A stretch of 64,000 nucleotides of DNA from an uncultured Acidobacteriia bacterium (lineage in GTDB: Bacteria; Acidobacteriota; Terriglobia; Bryobacterales; Bryobacteraceae), in the NCBI GenBank assembly GCA_903923395.1, contig CAIXXM010000072.1:3849-67848 (forward strand), read 5' to 3'. A program made the position numbers and the translations under genes. The number at the start of each line of letters is the position of its first letter. Positions within the stretch are counted from its first letter, which is position 1. Positions 1 to 10,109 of this stretch are shown piece by piece. The notes below the pieces were generated by a model. That model was not told where the DNA came from. It saw only the letters and a program-made list of their open reading frames with translations, and ran no database searches.

Positions 1-242
1 GGGAGGGCAGCATTGCAGCCGGAGAGATCGCCAGGAGATTCCGGCGCCCGTTCATGGGTGGCATGGACCGGCACGGGATTATCGGCAAGGGCACGCCCGC
101 GCAGATTGAGGCTGAGGTCCGGCAGGTGGTGAGGCAGGCGGGCGATCACTTCATTTTGGGTGCTGATTGCACAGTGGAAGCGACTACGAACTGGGATTCA
201 CTGCAGCGGGCGATTGCTGTGGCACACGGCGGGGCTGCATAA
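1..242 (+). CDS. uroporphyrinogen decarboxylase (URO-D/MtaA-like) family protein, C-terminal fragment; 5' end outside window
   Basis: Frame 3 is open from the window edge to TAA 240-242. The tail ...GKGTPAQIEAEVRQVVRQAGDHFILGADCTVEATTNWDSLQRAIAVAH resembles URO-D family C-termini. Only about 80 aa are visible. Confidence 0.5.
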   Translation, partial: EGSIAAGEIARRFRRPFMGGMDRHGIIGKGTPAQIEAEVRQVVRQAGDHFILGADCTVEATTNWDSLQRAIAVAHGGAA

Positions 243-281
243 AAAAGGCCGCTGCGAGAGTAGAACACTCCCGCAGCGGCC
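241..281 (-). terminator. rho-independent terminator ending the r-protein/rpoA/rplQ transcription unit
   Basis: Hairpin 247-281: GGCCGCTGCG pairs with CGCAGCGGCC, plus 2 further bp after one mismatch, with a 9-nt loop. On the minus strand it is followed by U6 (A-run 241-246). It lies between convergent genes. Confidence 0.75.
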
Positions 282-306
282 AATTCTTGAGACGCGAACG
301 TCCCGA

Positions 307-747
307 TTATTCTTCGGCTTCGCCGCCTTCGCGCTGGGCCTTGAGGCGTTCTTCCTTGCGCTTGGCACGCTCTTCGGCACGCTTCACGAGTTCCGAACCG
401 ACGAGTTCGAGCATCGCAAGTTCCGCGCCATCGCCCTTGCGGTGTCCGAGCTTGGTGATGCGGGTGTAGCCGCCGTTGCGGGTCCCAAAGCGGGCACCGA
501 GGGTGTCAAACAACTTCTTCACCGACGCGGGCGTGGTGAGGAAAGCTGCTGCCTGCCGACGGGTGTGCAGGGTATCCCGCTTGGCCAGGGTAATCATCTG
601 CTCAACGATGGGCTGAATCGCCTTGGCCTTGGGGACAGTGGTGATCACGCGCTCCACTTCAATCACGCTCGTGGTGAGGTTCTTGAAGAGGCTGTTGCGC
701 GAGCCGATGTCGCGCTTGAGTTTTACATTTCCGAATCTATGTCTCAT
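307..747 (-). CDS. rplQ: 50S ribosomal protein L17
   Basis: 146 aa. MRHRFGN... N-terminus and ...GGYTRITKLGHRKGDGA motif. Directly downstream of rpoA, as in alpha operons. Confidence 0.96.
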   Translation of the reverse strand: MRHRFGNVKLKRDIGSRNSLFKNLTTSVIEVERVITTVPKAKAIQPIVEQMITLAKRDTLHTRRQAAAFLTTPASVKKLFDTLGARFGTRNGGYTRITKLGHRKGDGAELAMLELVGSELVKRAEERAKRKEERLKAQREGGEAEE

Positions 748-798
748 TGCTTACTTTCCTCAGGCCAATCTCGATGCCGATTTGAGGACGGTTTCTGT

Positions 799-1824
799 TT
801 AGAAATCGTCGTCGGCGGTTTCTTCTGCCATACCGGGCGCTGACGGAGCAGCGGCGACCAAACGGCCCTGCGCATCCGGCTTCATTCCCAGGCCGAGACC
901 CATACCCTGCAGGATCTCTTTGATTTCGTTGAGTGACTTGCGACCGAAGTTCTTCGTACGCAGCATTTCCGATTCCGACTTCTGCACCAATTCGCCGATG
1001 GTCTGAATGCCGGCGTTCTTGAGGCAGTTGTAGGAGCGGACGGAGAGTTCGAGTTCTTCGACCGAGCGATTGAGCTGGTCGCTGATGCGGTCCATGGAAC
1101 GCTCGGCGGGCTCTTCCTGCGCTTCGGGGAGTTCTTCGAAGTTGATGAAGATCGTCATGTGATCTTTCAACAGCTTCGCGGCATAACCGATAGCGTCCTG
1201 GGGGGAGATCGCGGCGTTGGTCCAAACTTCAAGGGTCAGCTTGTCGTAATCGGTCATCTGGCCGAGACGGGCTGCTTCCACGGTGAAGTTGACTTTGCGG
1301 ACGGGCGAGTGAACCGAGTCGATGGGGATATAACCGAGAGCCAGGTCTTCGTCGAAGTTCTTATCGGCGCTGACGTAGCCGCGTCCCGTCTTGAGGCGCA
1401 TCTCGATATCGAGGCGGCCGCCTTCGCTCACGGTGGCGATGTGGAGGTTACGGTCAAGGACTTCGACGTCGGCGTCGGTCTGGATCTGGCCAGAGAAAAC
1501 TTCACCGGCCTGGTCGGCCACGATGCGAACGGTTTTGACGCCCTCGCTCATCAGTTTGAAGGGAACCTGCTTCAGGTTCAGGATGATATCGGTGGCATCT
1601 TCGACCACACCGGGGATGGGGCTGAACTCATGGTCCACGCCTTCGATCCGGATGGCCGTGATGGCGGCGCCTTCGATGCTCGAAAGCAGCACGCGGCGCA
1701 GCGAGTTACCGATGGTGGTGCCAAATCCACGCTGGAACGGCTGGGCCGTGAACTGGCCGTACCGTTCGGTGAGGGTCTCGGTGTTTGCCACCAGACGCTT
1801 CGGTTTTTGAAATCCCTTAAACAT
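799..1824 (-). CDS. rpoA: DNA-directed RNA polymerase alpha subunit
   Basis: 341 aa. NTD ...[25 protein letters not shown]... and CTD ...[23 protein letters not shown]... Confidence 0.97.
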   Translation of the reverse strand: MFKGFQKPKRLVANTETLTERYGQFTAQPFQRGFGTTIGNSLRRVLLSSIEGAAITAIRIEGVDHEFSPIPGVVEDATDIILNLKQVPFKLMSEGVKTVRIVADQAGEVFSGQIQTDADVEVLDRNLHIATVSEGGRLDIEMRLKTGRGYVSADKNFDEDLALGYIPIDSVHSPVRKVNFTVEAARLGQMTDYDKLTLEVWTNAAISPQDAIGYAAKLLKDHMTIFINFEELPEAQEEPAERSMDRISDQLNRSVEELELSVRSYNCLKNAGIQTIGELVQKSESEMLRTKNFGRKSLNEIKEILQGMGLGLGMKPDAQGRLVAAAPSAPGMAEETADDDF

Positions 1825-1952
1825 TCGTTGTTTGCTCCAAATCTTCGGTGCAGCTTTTTCTCAATCCGCGTACACCGGTCACTAACAGGTTCTCTGCGGT
1901 ATTACAGGGAGATACGCGGCCGGACAGAGAGACCGGCCGCGATTCTTACGGC

Positions 1953-2603
1953 TTACTTGCTGTACAGTTCGACGATCAGTTGTTCGTTGATCGGAATCTG
2001 GGTCAACTCGTCACGCCGGGGGTTGGAGATGATCCGGCCCTTGAGGTTTTCCTTGTCGACATCCATCCAGCTCGGGCTGGGCGCGTGGGCCGTGGCGTCA
2101 CGGCTGCTCAGGATGGCGGCATTGGTCTTGCTGGATTCGCGAATGGTGATCTCATCACCGATCTTCACGACGAAAGACGGGATGTTGACCTTGCGGCCAT
2201 TGACCTGCACATGACCGTGACGAACGATCTGGCGGGCTTGGGAACGGCTGGCACCGAGACCCATGCGGTAGATGACGTTGTCGAGACGGCGTTCGAGGGA
2301 GGCGAGGAGGTTTTCACCCGCAATACCCTTCATGTGAACAGCCTTCTCGAACGTGTTGCGGAACTGGGTTTCCAGAACGCCGTAGATGCGGCGGACCTTC
2401 TGCTTTTCGCGCAGTTGGAGACCATAGCCGACGATCTTTGCCTTGCGGTCCTTGCCATGCTGGCCGGGAACAAAGTTACGCTTTTCGATCGCGCACTTTG
2501 CCGAGTGGCAGCGCTCACCCTTCAAAAACAGCTTCATGCCCTCGCGCCGGCAGAGGCGGCACACGGGGCCAATATAACGTGCCAAGTAAATCTCCTTGAA
2601 CAA
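1953..2603 (-). CDS. rpsD: 30S ribosomal protein S4 (Cys4 zinc-type N-terminus)
   Basis: 216 aa. [30 protein letters not shown] plus a C-terminal S4 RNA-binding domain. Position fits the alpha operon. Confidence 0.96.
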   Translation of the reverse strand: MFKEIYLARYIGPVCRLCRREGMKLFLKGERCHSAKCAIEKRNFVPGQHGKDRKAKIVGYGLQLREKQKVRRIYGVLETQFRNTFEKAVHMKGIAGENLLASLERRLDNVIYRMGLGASRSQARQIVRHGHVQVNGRKVNIPSFVVKIGDEITIRESSKTNAAILSSRDATAHAPSPSWMDVDKENLKGRIISNPRRDELTQIPINEQLIVELYSK

Positions 2604-2698
2604 ACGTGCGGTTTACGTCCGGCTGTTCCGGACTTCATCCCGCTACAAACAAAGAATCGCGGAGAGCTTCCGCCCTCCGCAAAACCAGAGAAACCAGA

Positions 2699-3106
2699 TC
2701 AGACGCGGCGGCGCTTGGGAGCGCGACATCCGTTGTGCGGGATCGCCGTGGTGTCCTTGATCAGGCGGACATCGAGACCAGCGGTGGCCAAAGCGCGGAC
2801 CGCGGATTCACGGCCGGAGCCGGGACCGCTAACTCGAACTTCAACCGAACGCAGACCAACTTCGGACGCCTTGTTGGCGGCCGTCATGGCTGCCTGCTGC
2901 GCTGCGAACGGGGTACCCTTGCGGGAACCACGGAAACCAAGAGAACCAGCGCTCGACCACGATACGGTGTTGCCGTCCGGATCCGCGATGGTGACAATCG
3001 TGTTGTTGAAGGTGGCCTGGATATGAACCACGCCATTGTGTACGACGCGTTTCTCCTTCTTTTTGACGACCTTCTTCTTCGAGGGCTTGCCTGCTGCTTT
3101 CGCCAT
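2699..3106 (-). CDS. rpsK: 30S ribosomal protein S11
   Basis: 135 aa. ...[21 protein letters not shown]...[11 protein letters not shown]... hallmark. Confidence 0.96.
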   Translation of the reverse strand: MAKAAGKPSKKKVVKKKEKRVVHNGVVHIQATFNNTIVTIADPDGNTVSWSSAGSLGFRGSRKGTPFAAQQAAMTAANKASEVGLRSVEVRVSGPGSGRESAVRALATAGLDVRLIKDTTAIPHNGCRAPKRRRV

Positions 3107-3486
3107 TACTTCGTCGCTTTCTTCTTACCGGTCACAGTGCCCTTGCGCGGGCCCTTGCGTGTACGGGCGTTGGTGTGCGTCCGCTGGCCGCGCACAGGGA
3201 GGCTCCGGCGGTGACGCAGTCCGCGGTAGGAAGCCATTTCAATGTGGCGCTTGATGTTCAGCGACACTTCCTTGCGCAAATCGCCTTCGACCGAGCCCTC
3301 TTCTTCGAGGATCTGACGGATGTGGTTGACTTCTTCCTCCGTCATGTCGGCGATCTTCTTGTTCGGGTCGATACCCGTGCGGTGCAGAAGGCTTTTCGCG
3401 CGCGTCCGCCCAATCCCGTAGATATATGTAAGGCCGATCTCAGCCCGCTTCCGCGGCGGAAGGTCGACACCAGCAATACGTGCCAT
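3106..3486 (-). CDS. rpsM: 30S ribosomal protein S13
   Basis: 126 aa. [14 protein letters not shown]... and ...[18 protein letters not shown]... Confidence 0.96.
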   Translation of the reverse strand: MARIAGVDLPPRKRAEIGLTYIYGIGRTRAKSLLHRTGIDPNKKIADMTEEEVNHIRQILEEEGSVEGDLRKEVSLNIKRHIEMASYRGLRHRRSLPVRGQRTHTNARTRKGPRKGTVTGKKKATK

Positions 3487-3504
3487 GTTTTCCTATATCC
3501 TCTT

Positions 3505-3618
3505 CTAGCCCTGACGCTGCTTGTGCTTCGGGTTCGAGCAAATGACCCGCACCACACCTTCGCGGTGGATCAGCTTGCACTTTTCACAAATCTTCTTCAC
3601 TGACGCGCGAACTTTCAT
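3505..3618 (-). CDS. rpmJ: 50S ribosomal protein L36
   Basis: Absent from the ORF track because it is under 60 aa. The reverse complement reads ATG AAA GTT CGC GCG TCA GTG AAG AAG ATT TGT GAA AAG TGC..., giving [37 protein letters not shown] with TAG at 3507-3505. It lies between infA and rpsM as expected. Confidence 0.92.
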   Translation of the reverse strand: MKVRASVKKICEKCKLIHREGVVRVICSNPKHKQRQG

Positions 3619-3626
3619 TTTCTTAC

Positions 3627-3833
3627 CTAATTCCCAAGCTTCTTCAAAATCCGTCCCCTGGTCAGGTCGCGTTCTGCGAACTCAACCTCAACCCGGTCGC
3701 CCGGCAGAAGCCGGACCCAATTGCGTTCCGCAGCGCCCGCCCCATGGGCAAGTACCTTGGACTGGTTTCCCAGTTCGAGCCGAAACAACAGGCCCGGTAA
3801 CTCCTCAAGAACTACCGCTTCCACTACCGCCAA
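3627..3833 (-). CDS. infA: translation initiation factor IF-1 (divergent)
   Basis: S1-like core ...[19 protein letters not shown]...[20 protein letters not shown]. The track ORF begins at TTG 3890. An in-frame TTG at 3833 has a strong SD (CAGGAGGA, 3848-3841) 8 nt upstream and gives a normal 68-aa size. Confidence 0.8.
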   Translation of the reverse strand: MAVVEAVVLEELPGLLFRLELGNQSKVLAHGAGAAERNWVRLLPGDRVEVEFAERDLTRGRILKKLGN

Positions 3834-3867
3834 GAAGCCTTCCTCCTGAAGTCCGCTCGAAACCCCG

Positions 3868-3911
3868 ATTAAGGGCGGGTTAGCACCCAATTAAGGGCGG
3901 GTTAGCACCCA
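3868..3911. repeat. perfect 22-bp tandem duplication (ATTAAGGGCGGGTTAGCACCCA x2) spanning the map stop codon
   Basis: 3868-3889 and 3890-3911 are identical. Copy 2 encodes the map C-terminus WVLTRP plus its stop. Copy 1 lies in the map-infA spacer. Confidence 0.95.
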
Positions 3912-4661
3912 GGGGCCCTCAGCGGTTACCGCCACACAGTGTTCAAAGTGGGCCGAGTAGCTCCCGTCCTTCGCCACCGCTGTCCAGCGGTCCTTCAAAA
4001 CCTTTGCCTCAGGCTTGCCGGCATTTACCATCGGTTCGATAGCTAATACCATGCCCTCCCGCAGCCGCGGATTTTCATTCCGCTTGTCCACGTAATTCGG
4101 TACCTGCGGCTCTTCGTGCAGCTGCGTCCCGATTCCGTGACCCACATACTCCCGTACGATTGAAAAACCGTGGCGCACCACATGCTCTTCCACCGTCCCG
4201 CAGATATCGAAGAGACGCCCACCTTCGCGAACCTTGTCAATCGCAAGTTCCAGGCTGTCCCGGGTCACCTGCATCAACTTCTTCGTCTGCTCACTTACTT
4301 CACCCACGCCAACCGTCAGCGCGGAATCACCAAAATATCCGTTGAGTGACACGCCCGTATCGATCGAGACGATGTCCCCACTCTTTAAAATCCGCTTCGG
4401 GTTGGGCATACCATGAACGATTTCCTCATTCACGGACGTGCAAAGCACGTACTTATACCGCTCCCCGGCCGCAGGCACGTAATAATTCTGAAAGGCTGGT
4501 TTCGCACCGGCATCTTTCATCATCTTCACGGCCGCCACTTCCAAGTCCCAGGTAGAGATACCTTCCTGGACCATGGCACCCAGCGACTGCAGGATCTCGT
4601 AGACCAGCAGACCGCTCTTGCGCATCTTTTCGAGCTCAGACCTGCTCTTGCGAACGATCAT
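3891..4661 (-). CDS. map: type I methionine aminopeptidase
   Basis: 256 aa. ...IVHGMPN...GDIVSIDTGV..NGYFGDSA...GHGIG..LHE... metal-ligand motifs. adk-map-infA order. Confidence 0.95.
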   Translation of the reverse strand: MIVRKSRSELEKMRKSGLLVYEILQSLGAMVQEGISTWDLEVAAVKMMKDAGAKPAFQNYYVPAAGERYKYVLCTSVNEEIVHGMPNPKRILKSGDIVSIDTGVSLNGYFGDSALTVGVGEVSEQTKKLMQVTRDSLELAIDKVREGGRLFDICGTVEEHVVRHGFSIVREYVGHGIGTQLHEEPQVPNYVDKRNENPRLREGMVLAIEPMVNAGKPEAKVLKDRWTAVAKDGSYSAHFEHCVAVTAEGPWVLTRP

Positions 4662-5377
4662 ATGCGCTCTCCAGACACTCCCAAATCCCCAAACCCCAGA
4701 GCGTTCATGCGCCCCTGGATTTCCTCGAAAACCGCTTCCGGCTTCCGCGAACTCGCGTTCACGTGATACATCCTCTCGGAAGCACCTTCGAAGTACTGCA
4801 AGAGTGGTTGCGTCAAACGCTCATACTCTTCCAGTCTCGCACGCACCACATCTTCCCTGTCATCCTCACGAATAACAAGGATTTCACCATCCAGATCGCA
4901 AATGCCATCTTTGAGGGAAGGCCGGGACGAGGCGTTGTACAGCGTGCCACATTTTGGGCACACACGTCTCCCGGTGAGCCGCGAGATAATCACATTGTAA
5001 TCTACCACGAGGTGAATTACCACCTCTTCCGTTCCAACACGGCGCAACATGGCCATTAAGACCTCTGCCTGCCCGCTGGTCCGGGGATATCCATCCAGGA
5101 TATAACCGCGCCTGCAATCCGGCTGCGCGATCCGATCCTCCACCAATTTGTTCACCAGCTCATCAGATACCAGCTGGCCCGATTTCATAATGCGGGAGAT
5201 CGAAATACCGATTTCGGTCCCGCGCCGCATCTGGTCCCGTAACATATCTCCCGTGGAGATCTGTGGGATTCCCAGCCATTCCACCAAGAACTTGGACTGT
5301 GTCCCCTTCCCTGACCCCGGTGACCCAAACAGGATCAATGCCAAGCGGGGTCTATCAATATCGCCCTGTTGCCCCAT
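4658..5377 (-). CDS. adk: adenylate kinase (Cys3-Asp zinc lid type)
   Basis: 239 aa. P-loop GSPGSGKGT, lid CPKCG...GICDLDG. The TAATG junction with secY suggests translational coupling. Confidence 0.93.
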   Translation of the reverse strand: MGQQGDIDRPRLALILFGSPGSGKGTQSKFLVEWLGIPQISTGDMLRDQMRRGTEIGISISRIMKSGQLVSDELVNKLVEDRIAQPDCRRGYILDGYPRTSGQAEVLMAMLRRVGTEEVVIHLVVDYNVIISRLTGRRVCPKCGTLYNASSRPSLKDGICDLDGEILVIREDDREDVVRARLEEYERLTQPLLQYFEGASERMYHVNASSRKPEAVFEEIQGRMNALGFGDLGVSGERI

Positions 5378-6774
5378 TACGCTGAACTGCGTCGGCCCCG
5401 GATACGCCCGGCACGGGGAGTGAAACCCTCGTAATGACGCATGATCAACTGTGCCTCGATCTGATTGACGGTATCCATTGCAACGCCGACAACGATCAGG
5501 AGACTGGTGCCACCGAAGTAGAACTGCACGTTCAAGCCTTCGAGGATGAACCGCGGGAAGAACTTATCAATGAAGTTACCGATCAGCGGCAGGTGCTGCA
5601 AGTGGATACCCGAGATCATCACGTCAGGAATCAGGCAGAGGATGCTCAGATACAGGCCGCCGACGACTGTAATCTTCGTCAAAATATTGTTCATGTAGTC
5701 GGCTGTATTCCGGCCTGGGCGAATGCCAGGGATAAAACCGCCGTACTTACGCATGTTGTCTGCCGCTTCGTTCGGGTTGAAGATGATCGAAACGTAGAAG
5801 AAGCAGAAGAAGATGATCAGTGCCACAAAGAGCAAAATGTACAAGGGCTCGCCGTGTGCAATCGTACGCAGAAGATCGCTCGCCCAGCGGCTGCTCTTGA
5901 TGATCGGGAAATTTGCAATCGTCTGCGGAAATGCCAGGATCGACGAAGCGAAGATAACCGGAATCACACCGCCCGCATTCACCTTGAGCGGCATGTGTGT
6001 GGACTGTCCACCCATCACCCGCCGGCCAACTACCCGCTTGGCATACTGCACAGGAATCCGGCGCTCGCCGCGTTCGACCAGTACGATGAAGGCGACTACC
6101 GCTATCATCATCGCAAGGATAACGACCAGAGTGATCGGCGTCCATTCCTTGGTGACGAATACGTTGTTGTAGATATTGCCGATCGCGCCAGGCAGACCGA
6201 CCACGATGCCGGTGAAGATGATGAGTGACATCCCGTTACCGATACCGCGCTCTGTAATCTGCTCACCGAGCCACATGATGAAGGCAGTTCCGGTAGTTAG
6301 CGATAGCATCGTGAGGATCACGAAGCCGAAGCCGGGGTTGATAACGATATTCCCTTCCATCGCCTGCAATCCAGTCGCAATACCAAACGATTGAGCCATC
6401 GCCAGACCCACCGTCAGGAACCGGGTCCATTGGGTAATCTTGCGGCGCCCGAGTTCTCCTTCCTTCTGCATCTTTTCGAGCGTAGGCACGACGACCGTCA
6501 GCAACTGAAGGATAATCGACGCCGTGATGTACGGCATGATGCCCAGTGCAAAGATCGTCAGGCGCTTGATGTTGCCGCCCGCGAACATGTCAAAGAAGCC
6601 GAAGATAGAACCGGCATTGCGGGAGAAGAATTCTTCCCAGCGCACCAGGTTGATTCCCGGCGTAGGCACGTGGCCCCCCAGCCGGTAAACGGCCAGGAGA
6701 CCAAGCGTAAACAGGAACCGCTTCCGGAGTTCCGGAACGCGGAAGATATTGCCGAGCGCTTCAAACAACTTCAC
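5377..6774 (-). CDS. secY: preprotein translocase subunit SecY
   Basis: 465 aa polytopic membrane protein. N-terminus ...FRVPELRKRFLFTLGLLAVYRLG... Position fits the spc operon. Confidence 0.97.
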   Translation of the reverse strand: MKLFEALGNIFRVPELRKRFLFTLGLLAVYRLGGHVPTPGINLVRWEEFFSRNAGSIFGFFDMFAGGNIKRLTIFALGIMPYITASIILQLLTVVVPTLEKMQKEGELGRRKITQWTRFLTVGLAMAQSFGIATGLQAMEGNIVINPGFGFVILTMLSLTTGTAFIMWLGEQITERGIGNGMSLIIFTGIVVGLPGAIGNIYNNVFVTKEWTPITLVVILAMMIAVVAFIVLVERGERRIPVQYAKRVVGRRVMGGQSTHMPLKVNAGGVIPVIFASSILAFPQTIANFPIIKSSRWASDLLRTIAHGEPLYILLFVALIIFFCFFYVSIIFNPNEAADNMRKYGGFIPGIRPGRNTADYMNNILTKITVVGGLYLSILCLIPDVMISGIHLQHLPLIGNFIDKFFPRFILEGLNVQFYFGGTSLLIVVGVAMDTVNQIEAQLIMRHYEGFTPRAGRIRGRRSSA

Positions 6775-6799
6775 GGAGATTCAGCTCTTTCCGGACTGC

Positions 6800-7249
6800 T
6801 TAAGCAGCAGCCCCGATAACCTTGACCGTACCGCCGGCCTTCGCAATCTTCTCAGCCGCAGACTTGGAGAAGATGTGGGCCTCGACCGTAATTGCGCGGG
6901 TAATTTCGCCCGTACCGAGGATCTTCAAGCCATCACCAATCTTCTTGATGATGTTGAGTTCCACGAGACGGTCCACGTTGAAGGTATCGCCGGGCAGCTT
7001 CTCCAGGGTCTTCAAGTTCACAATTGCGAATTCCTTCTTGAAGATGTTTGTGAAGCCACGCTTCGGCAGACGGCGGTGAAGGGGCATCTGGCCGCCTTCA
7101 AACCCGCGCATGATGCTGTAGCCGGAAATGGAGCGGGCACCCTTGTGACCGCGGGTCGACGTTTTGCCGCGCCCGGAACCCATACCACGGCCGATCCGCT
7201 TTTTGCGGTGTTTCTGGCCCTCTGGCGGTCGAATATCACTGAGATTCAT
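6800..7249 (-). CDS. rplO: 50S ribosomal protein L15
   Basis: 149 aa. ...RIGRGMGSGRGKTSTRGHKG...GFEGGQMPLHRRLPKRGF... Confidence 0.96.
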   Translation of the reverse strand: MNLSDIRPPEGQKHRKKRIGRGMGSGRGKTSTRGHKGARSISGYSIMRGFEGGQMPLHRRLPKRGFTNIFKKEFAIVNLKTLEKLPGDTFNVDRLVELNIIKKIGDGLKILGTGEITRAITVEAHIFSKSAAEKIAKAGGTVKVIGAAA

Positions 7250-7264
7250 CGAAGAGTCCTTCTA

Positions 7265-7450
7265 TTAGTCAACGAGCGAGAGCAGGTGCGGAATTTTCAA
7301 CACACACCCGCGGAAAGACGGCGTATCGGGCCGCTCCACCACCTGGTTGATCTTCTTCAGACCCAGGCTCCGAACAATTACTTTGTGCTTTTCCGGTGTG
7401 CAGATCGGGCTGCGCACCAGCTTGATCTTGATCATCTTCTGGTCAGACAT
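7265..7450 (-). CDS. rpmD: 50S ribosomal protein L30
   Basis: 61 aa. ...IKIKLVRSPICTPEKHKVIVRSLGLKKINQ... Confidence 0.93.
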   Translation of the reverse strand: MSDQKMIKIKLVRSPICTPEKHKVIVRSLGLKKINQVVERPDTPSFRGCVLKIPHLLSLVD

Positions 7451-7962
7451 TACATCTTCTCCACGGTCAGACCGCGCATCTCAGCAACGGCGCTCTTGTC
7501 GCGCAGTTGTTCGAGAGCATTGATCGTCGCCTTCACCACATTGTGGGGATTGTGGCTGCCGATCGACTTGGTGAGAACGTTCGGAATGCCGCAGGCCTGC
7601 ACAACCGCGCGCACCGGACCGCCGGCGATCACGCCGGTACCATCCGGAGCGGGCTTCAACAGCACCAATCCAGCGCCGAACTTGCCCAGAACCTGATGCG
7701 GAATCGTGTGTTCGAGAAGGTGGATGCGGCGAAGATTCTTCTTGGCCGACTCAATTCCCTTCCGGATCGCCGAAGGAACTTCCTTCGCCTTGCCGACACC
7801 GAAACCAACCACACGGGCCTGCGCATCACCCACCACCACAAGCGCGGAGAAGCTCATGTTCTTACCGCCCTTGACCACCTTCGTCACGCGGTTGATCGCG
7901 ACGACATTTTCCTTCAGATTCAACGACTGGGGATCAACCCTCTTCACCGTAACGGCTGCCAT
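7450..7962 (-). CDS. rpsE: 30S ribosomal protein S5
   Basis: 170 aa. ...[24 protein letters not shown]...[17 protein letters not shown]... Confidence 0.96.
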   Translation of the reverse strand: MAAVTVKRVDPQSLNLKENVVAINRVTKVVKGGKNMSFSALVVVGDAQARVVGFGVGKAKEVPSAIRKGIESAKKNLRRIHLLEHTIPHQVLGKFGAGLVLLKPAPDGTGVIAGGPVRAVVQACGIPNVLTKSIGSHNPHNVVKATINALEQLRDKSAVAEMRGLTVEKM

Positions 7963-8321
7963 TAGAACTCCAGACCCGCTTCCCGCGCCGCGTCCGCCAG
8001 CGCTTTCACGCGGCCATGATACTGATAGCCGCCCCGGTCAAAAACCACTGCCTTGATGCCCTGCTCGATCGCGCGTTCGGCAACCTTCTTGCCGATTTCC
8101 TTCGCGGCGGCGACATTCCCGCCGGCACCAATGCCACCCTTTTCGGTGGAGGAAGCCGCAACGATGGTCACGCCCTTGTTGTCGTCGATGACCTGGGCGT
8201 AGATGTGGGCAACGCTCCGGAAGATGGCCAGCCGCGGACGAGCCGTGGTGCCCTTCAACTTTTTCCGGATCCGCGTATGAATCCGTTCCCGGATTTCCTT
8301 CTTGTTGATTTTGCGGAACAC
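7962..8321 (-). CDS. rplR: 50S ribosomal protein L18
   Basis: 119 aa. ...[20 protein letters not shown]...[26 protein letters not shown]. Confidence 0.96.
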   Translation of the reverse strand: MFRKINKKEIRERIHTRIRKKLKGTTARPRLAIFRSVAHIYAQVIDDNKGVTIVAASSTEKGGIGAGGNVAAAKEIGKKVAERAIEQGIKAVVFDRGGYQYHGRVKALADAAREAGLEF

Positions 8322-8863
8322 TACTTCTTACCTCCGGTCGCGCCAGACTTGCCGACCTTCTTGCGCAGCACTTCGCCCGTGTAACGGACGCCCTTGTTCT
8401 TATAGGGATCGGGCTTGCGCAGCGAACGGATGTTCGCGGCAACTTGCCCCAGCATCTGACGGTCGTAACCGGTCAGAACCAAATGCGTTTGTTTATCGAT
8501 CTTCAGATCGATGCCATCCGGCAGCAGGAATTCGATCGGATGCGAATATCCAAGAGTGAAGGTGGCAAGTTTGCCCTTCACATCGGCACGATAGCCGATA
8601 CCGACGATGTCGAGTTCTCTCGTGAAGCCGGTCGAAACGCCAACTACCGCGTTCGAGGCCAGCGCCCGAGTCAACCCGTGCAGCGCGGCATATTCGTCCG
8701 AGTCGCGGAGGATCTCCAGCTTCCCGTCGTTCTGCTGAACGCGGATCCCGGCGGGAATTGGAACTTCCAATTTGCCCTTCGGGCCCTGCACTTTCAAGTT
8801 CTCGCCGATTTCGACCTTTACCCCTGCGGGTACGGGAATCGGCTTCTTTCCTACTCGTGACAT
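8321..8863 (-). CDS. rplF: 50S ribosomal protein L6
   Basis: The canonical N-terminus [15 protein letters not shown] starts at ATG 8863. The track ORF start at 8935 adds 24 implausible residues and runs into rpsH. Confidence 0.95.
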   Translation of the reverse strand: MSRVGKKPIPVPAGVKVEIGENLKVQGPKGKLEVPIPAGIRVQQNDGKLEILRDSDEYAALHGLTRALASNAVVGVSTGFTRELDIVGIGYRADVKGKLATFTLGYSHPIEFLLPDGIDLKIDKQTHLVLTGYDRQMLGQVAANIRSLRKPDPYKNKGVRYTGEVLRKKVGKSGATGGKK

Positions 8864-8900
8864 TGTCGTTGTCTCTTCGTTCGAATCAAATCTAAAACGC

Positions 8901-9296
8901 TTACCAGATGCGGCAAAGAAGTTCGCCGCCCACACCCTGCTTGCGTGCTGTCTTGCCGGTCATTACACCGGCGGGCGTCGTCAGAATGTTGATACCCAGG
9001 CCACCCTGCACCTGAGGAATATCTGTCTTACCCACGTAATGCCTGCAGCCGGGACGGGACACACGCTCAATCGCCGTAATCACCGGGCTGTTGTCGATGG
9101 CATATTTCAAGTAGATCTTGATGACCTTCTTGACACCCTCCTCAGCAACCTTGTAATTGGCAATGTAACCCTCTTCTTTGAGGATTCGCGCAATCTCCGT
9201 CTTCAGCTTCGAGGCTGGTACGTCCACTTTCGGATGCCGCGCCGCCATGGCATTGCGCACCCGAGTTAGCATATCTGCGATAGGATCACTAGTCAC
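8901..9296 (-). CDS. rpsH: 30S ribosomal protein S8
   Basis: 131 aa. [16 protein letters not shown]... hallmark. Confidence 0.96.
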   Translation of the reverse strand: MTSDPIADMLTRVRNAMAARHPKVDVPASKLKTEIARILKEEGYIANYKVAEEGVKKVIKIYLKYAIDNSPVITAIERVSRPGCRHYVGKTDIPQVQGGLGINILTTPAGVMTGKTARKQGVGGELLCRIW

Positions 9297-9320
9297 TCGC
9301 CGTACCTCCTTTCCTGTTCC

Positions 9321-9530
9321 TTACCAACTGGCCTTCGTCACACCGGGGATCTCACCGTTCAACGCCAACTGGCGGAAGCAGAGACGGCATACGCCGTACT
9401 TACGGAGGAAGGCCCGGGGCCGCCCACACCGCCAGCAGCGGTTGCGGTGACGGCATTGCAGCTTCGGCGTTTTCTTCTTCTTCGCCTCTGCCAGCTTGAT
9501 GTCTTTTGCGATCTTTGCCTGTGTAGCCAT
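9321..9530 (-). CDS. rpsN: 30S ribosomal protein S14, zinc-binding type Z
   Basis: 69 aa. [28 protein letters not shown]...PGVTKASW. Confidence 0.94.
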   Translation of the reverse strand: MATQAKIAKDIKLAEAKKKKTPKLQCRHRNRCWRCGRPRAFLRKYGVCRLCFRQLALNGEIPGVTKASW

Positions 9531-9556
9531 CTAGGTTTCTCTTGTCTCCTGCCGCG

Positions 9557-10099
9557 TTACTGCCGGAACGGCATCCCCATCGCCTTCAAGAGCGACAGGC
9601 ACTCGGCGTCTGTTTCCGCCGTGGTCGTGATTGAGATGTTCATACCCTTGGTCTTTTCGATCTTCGAGTAATCAATCTCAGGGAAAATCAACTGGTCTTT
9701 GAGGCCGAGCGTATAGTTCCCGCGTCCGTCAAACGCCTTGTTCGAGACGCCGCGGAAATCGCGGACGCGCGCCAGGGAGATGTTCATCAGACGATCCAAA
9801 AATTCAAACATACGGTCGCCGCGCAGGGTGACCATGCAGCCGATCGGCATGTTCTCACGAAGCTTAAAAGCCGCGATGGACTTCTTCGCCTTCGTGATCA
9901 CCGGCTTCTGGCCGGCAATCGCACCGAGTTCATTCACCGCACCGTCCATGAGCTTCGCATTCTGCGTCGCTTCACCGAGGCCGATGTTGATGGTGACCTT
10001 TTCGATCTTCGGCACAGCCATGACGTTCTTGTAGCCGAACTCCTGGGTGAGCGCCGGAATCACGGTCTTTAAATAGTGTTCTCTAAGTCTCGCTGCCAT
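9557..10099 (-). CDS. rplE: 50S ribosomal protein L5
   Basis: 180 aa. ...[16 protein letters not shown]...[12 protein letters not shown]...[20 protein letters not shown]... Confidence 0.96.
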   Translation of the reverse strand: MAARLREHYLKTVIPALTQEFGYKNVMAVPKIEKVTINIGLGEATQNAKLMDGAVNELGAIAGQKPVITKAKKSIAAFKLRENMPIGCMVTLRGDRMFEFLDRLMNISLARVRDFRGVSNKAFDGRGNYTLGLKDQLIFPEIDYSKIEKTKGMNISITTTAETDAECLSLLKAMGMPFRQ

Positions 10100-10109
10100 T
10101 TGCCCTTAC

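Noticed and set aside
1159-3026. Two long plus-strand ORFs (1159-2214, 1848-3026)
   Set aside because: Antisense to rpoA, rpsD and rpsK. These are shadow ORFs.
8864-8935. N-terminal extension of the rplF ORF (and similarly 13303-13467 for rplV, 63610-63792 for yefM, 36939-37010 for the methyltransferase)
   Set aside because: The extensions overlap upstream genes, lack homology and precede canonical N-termini that have proper start codons.
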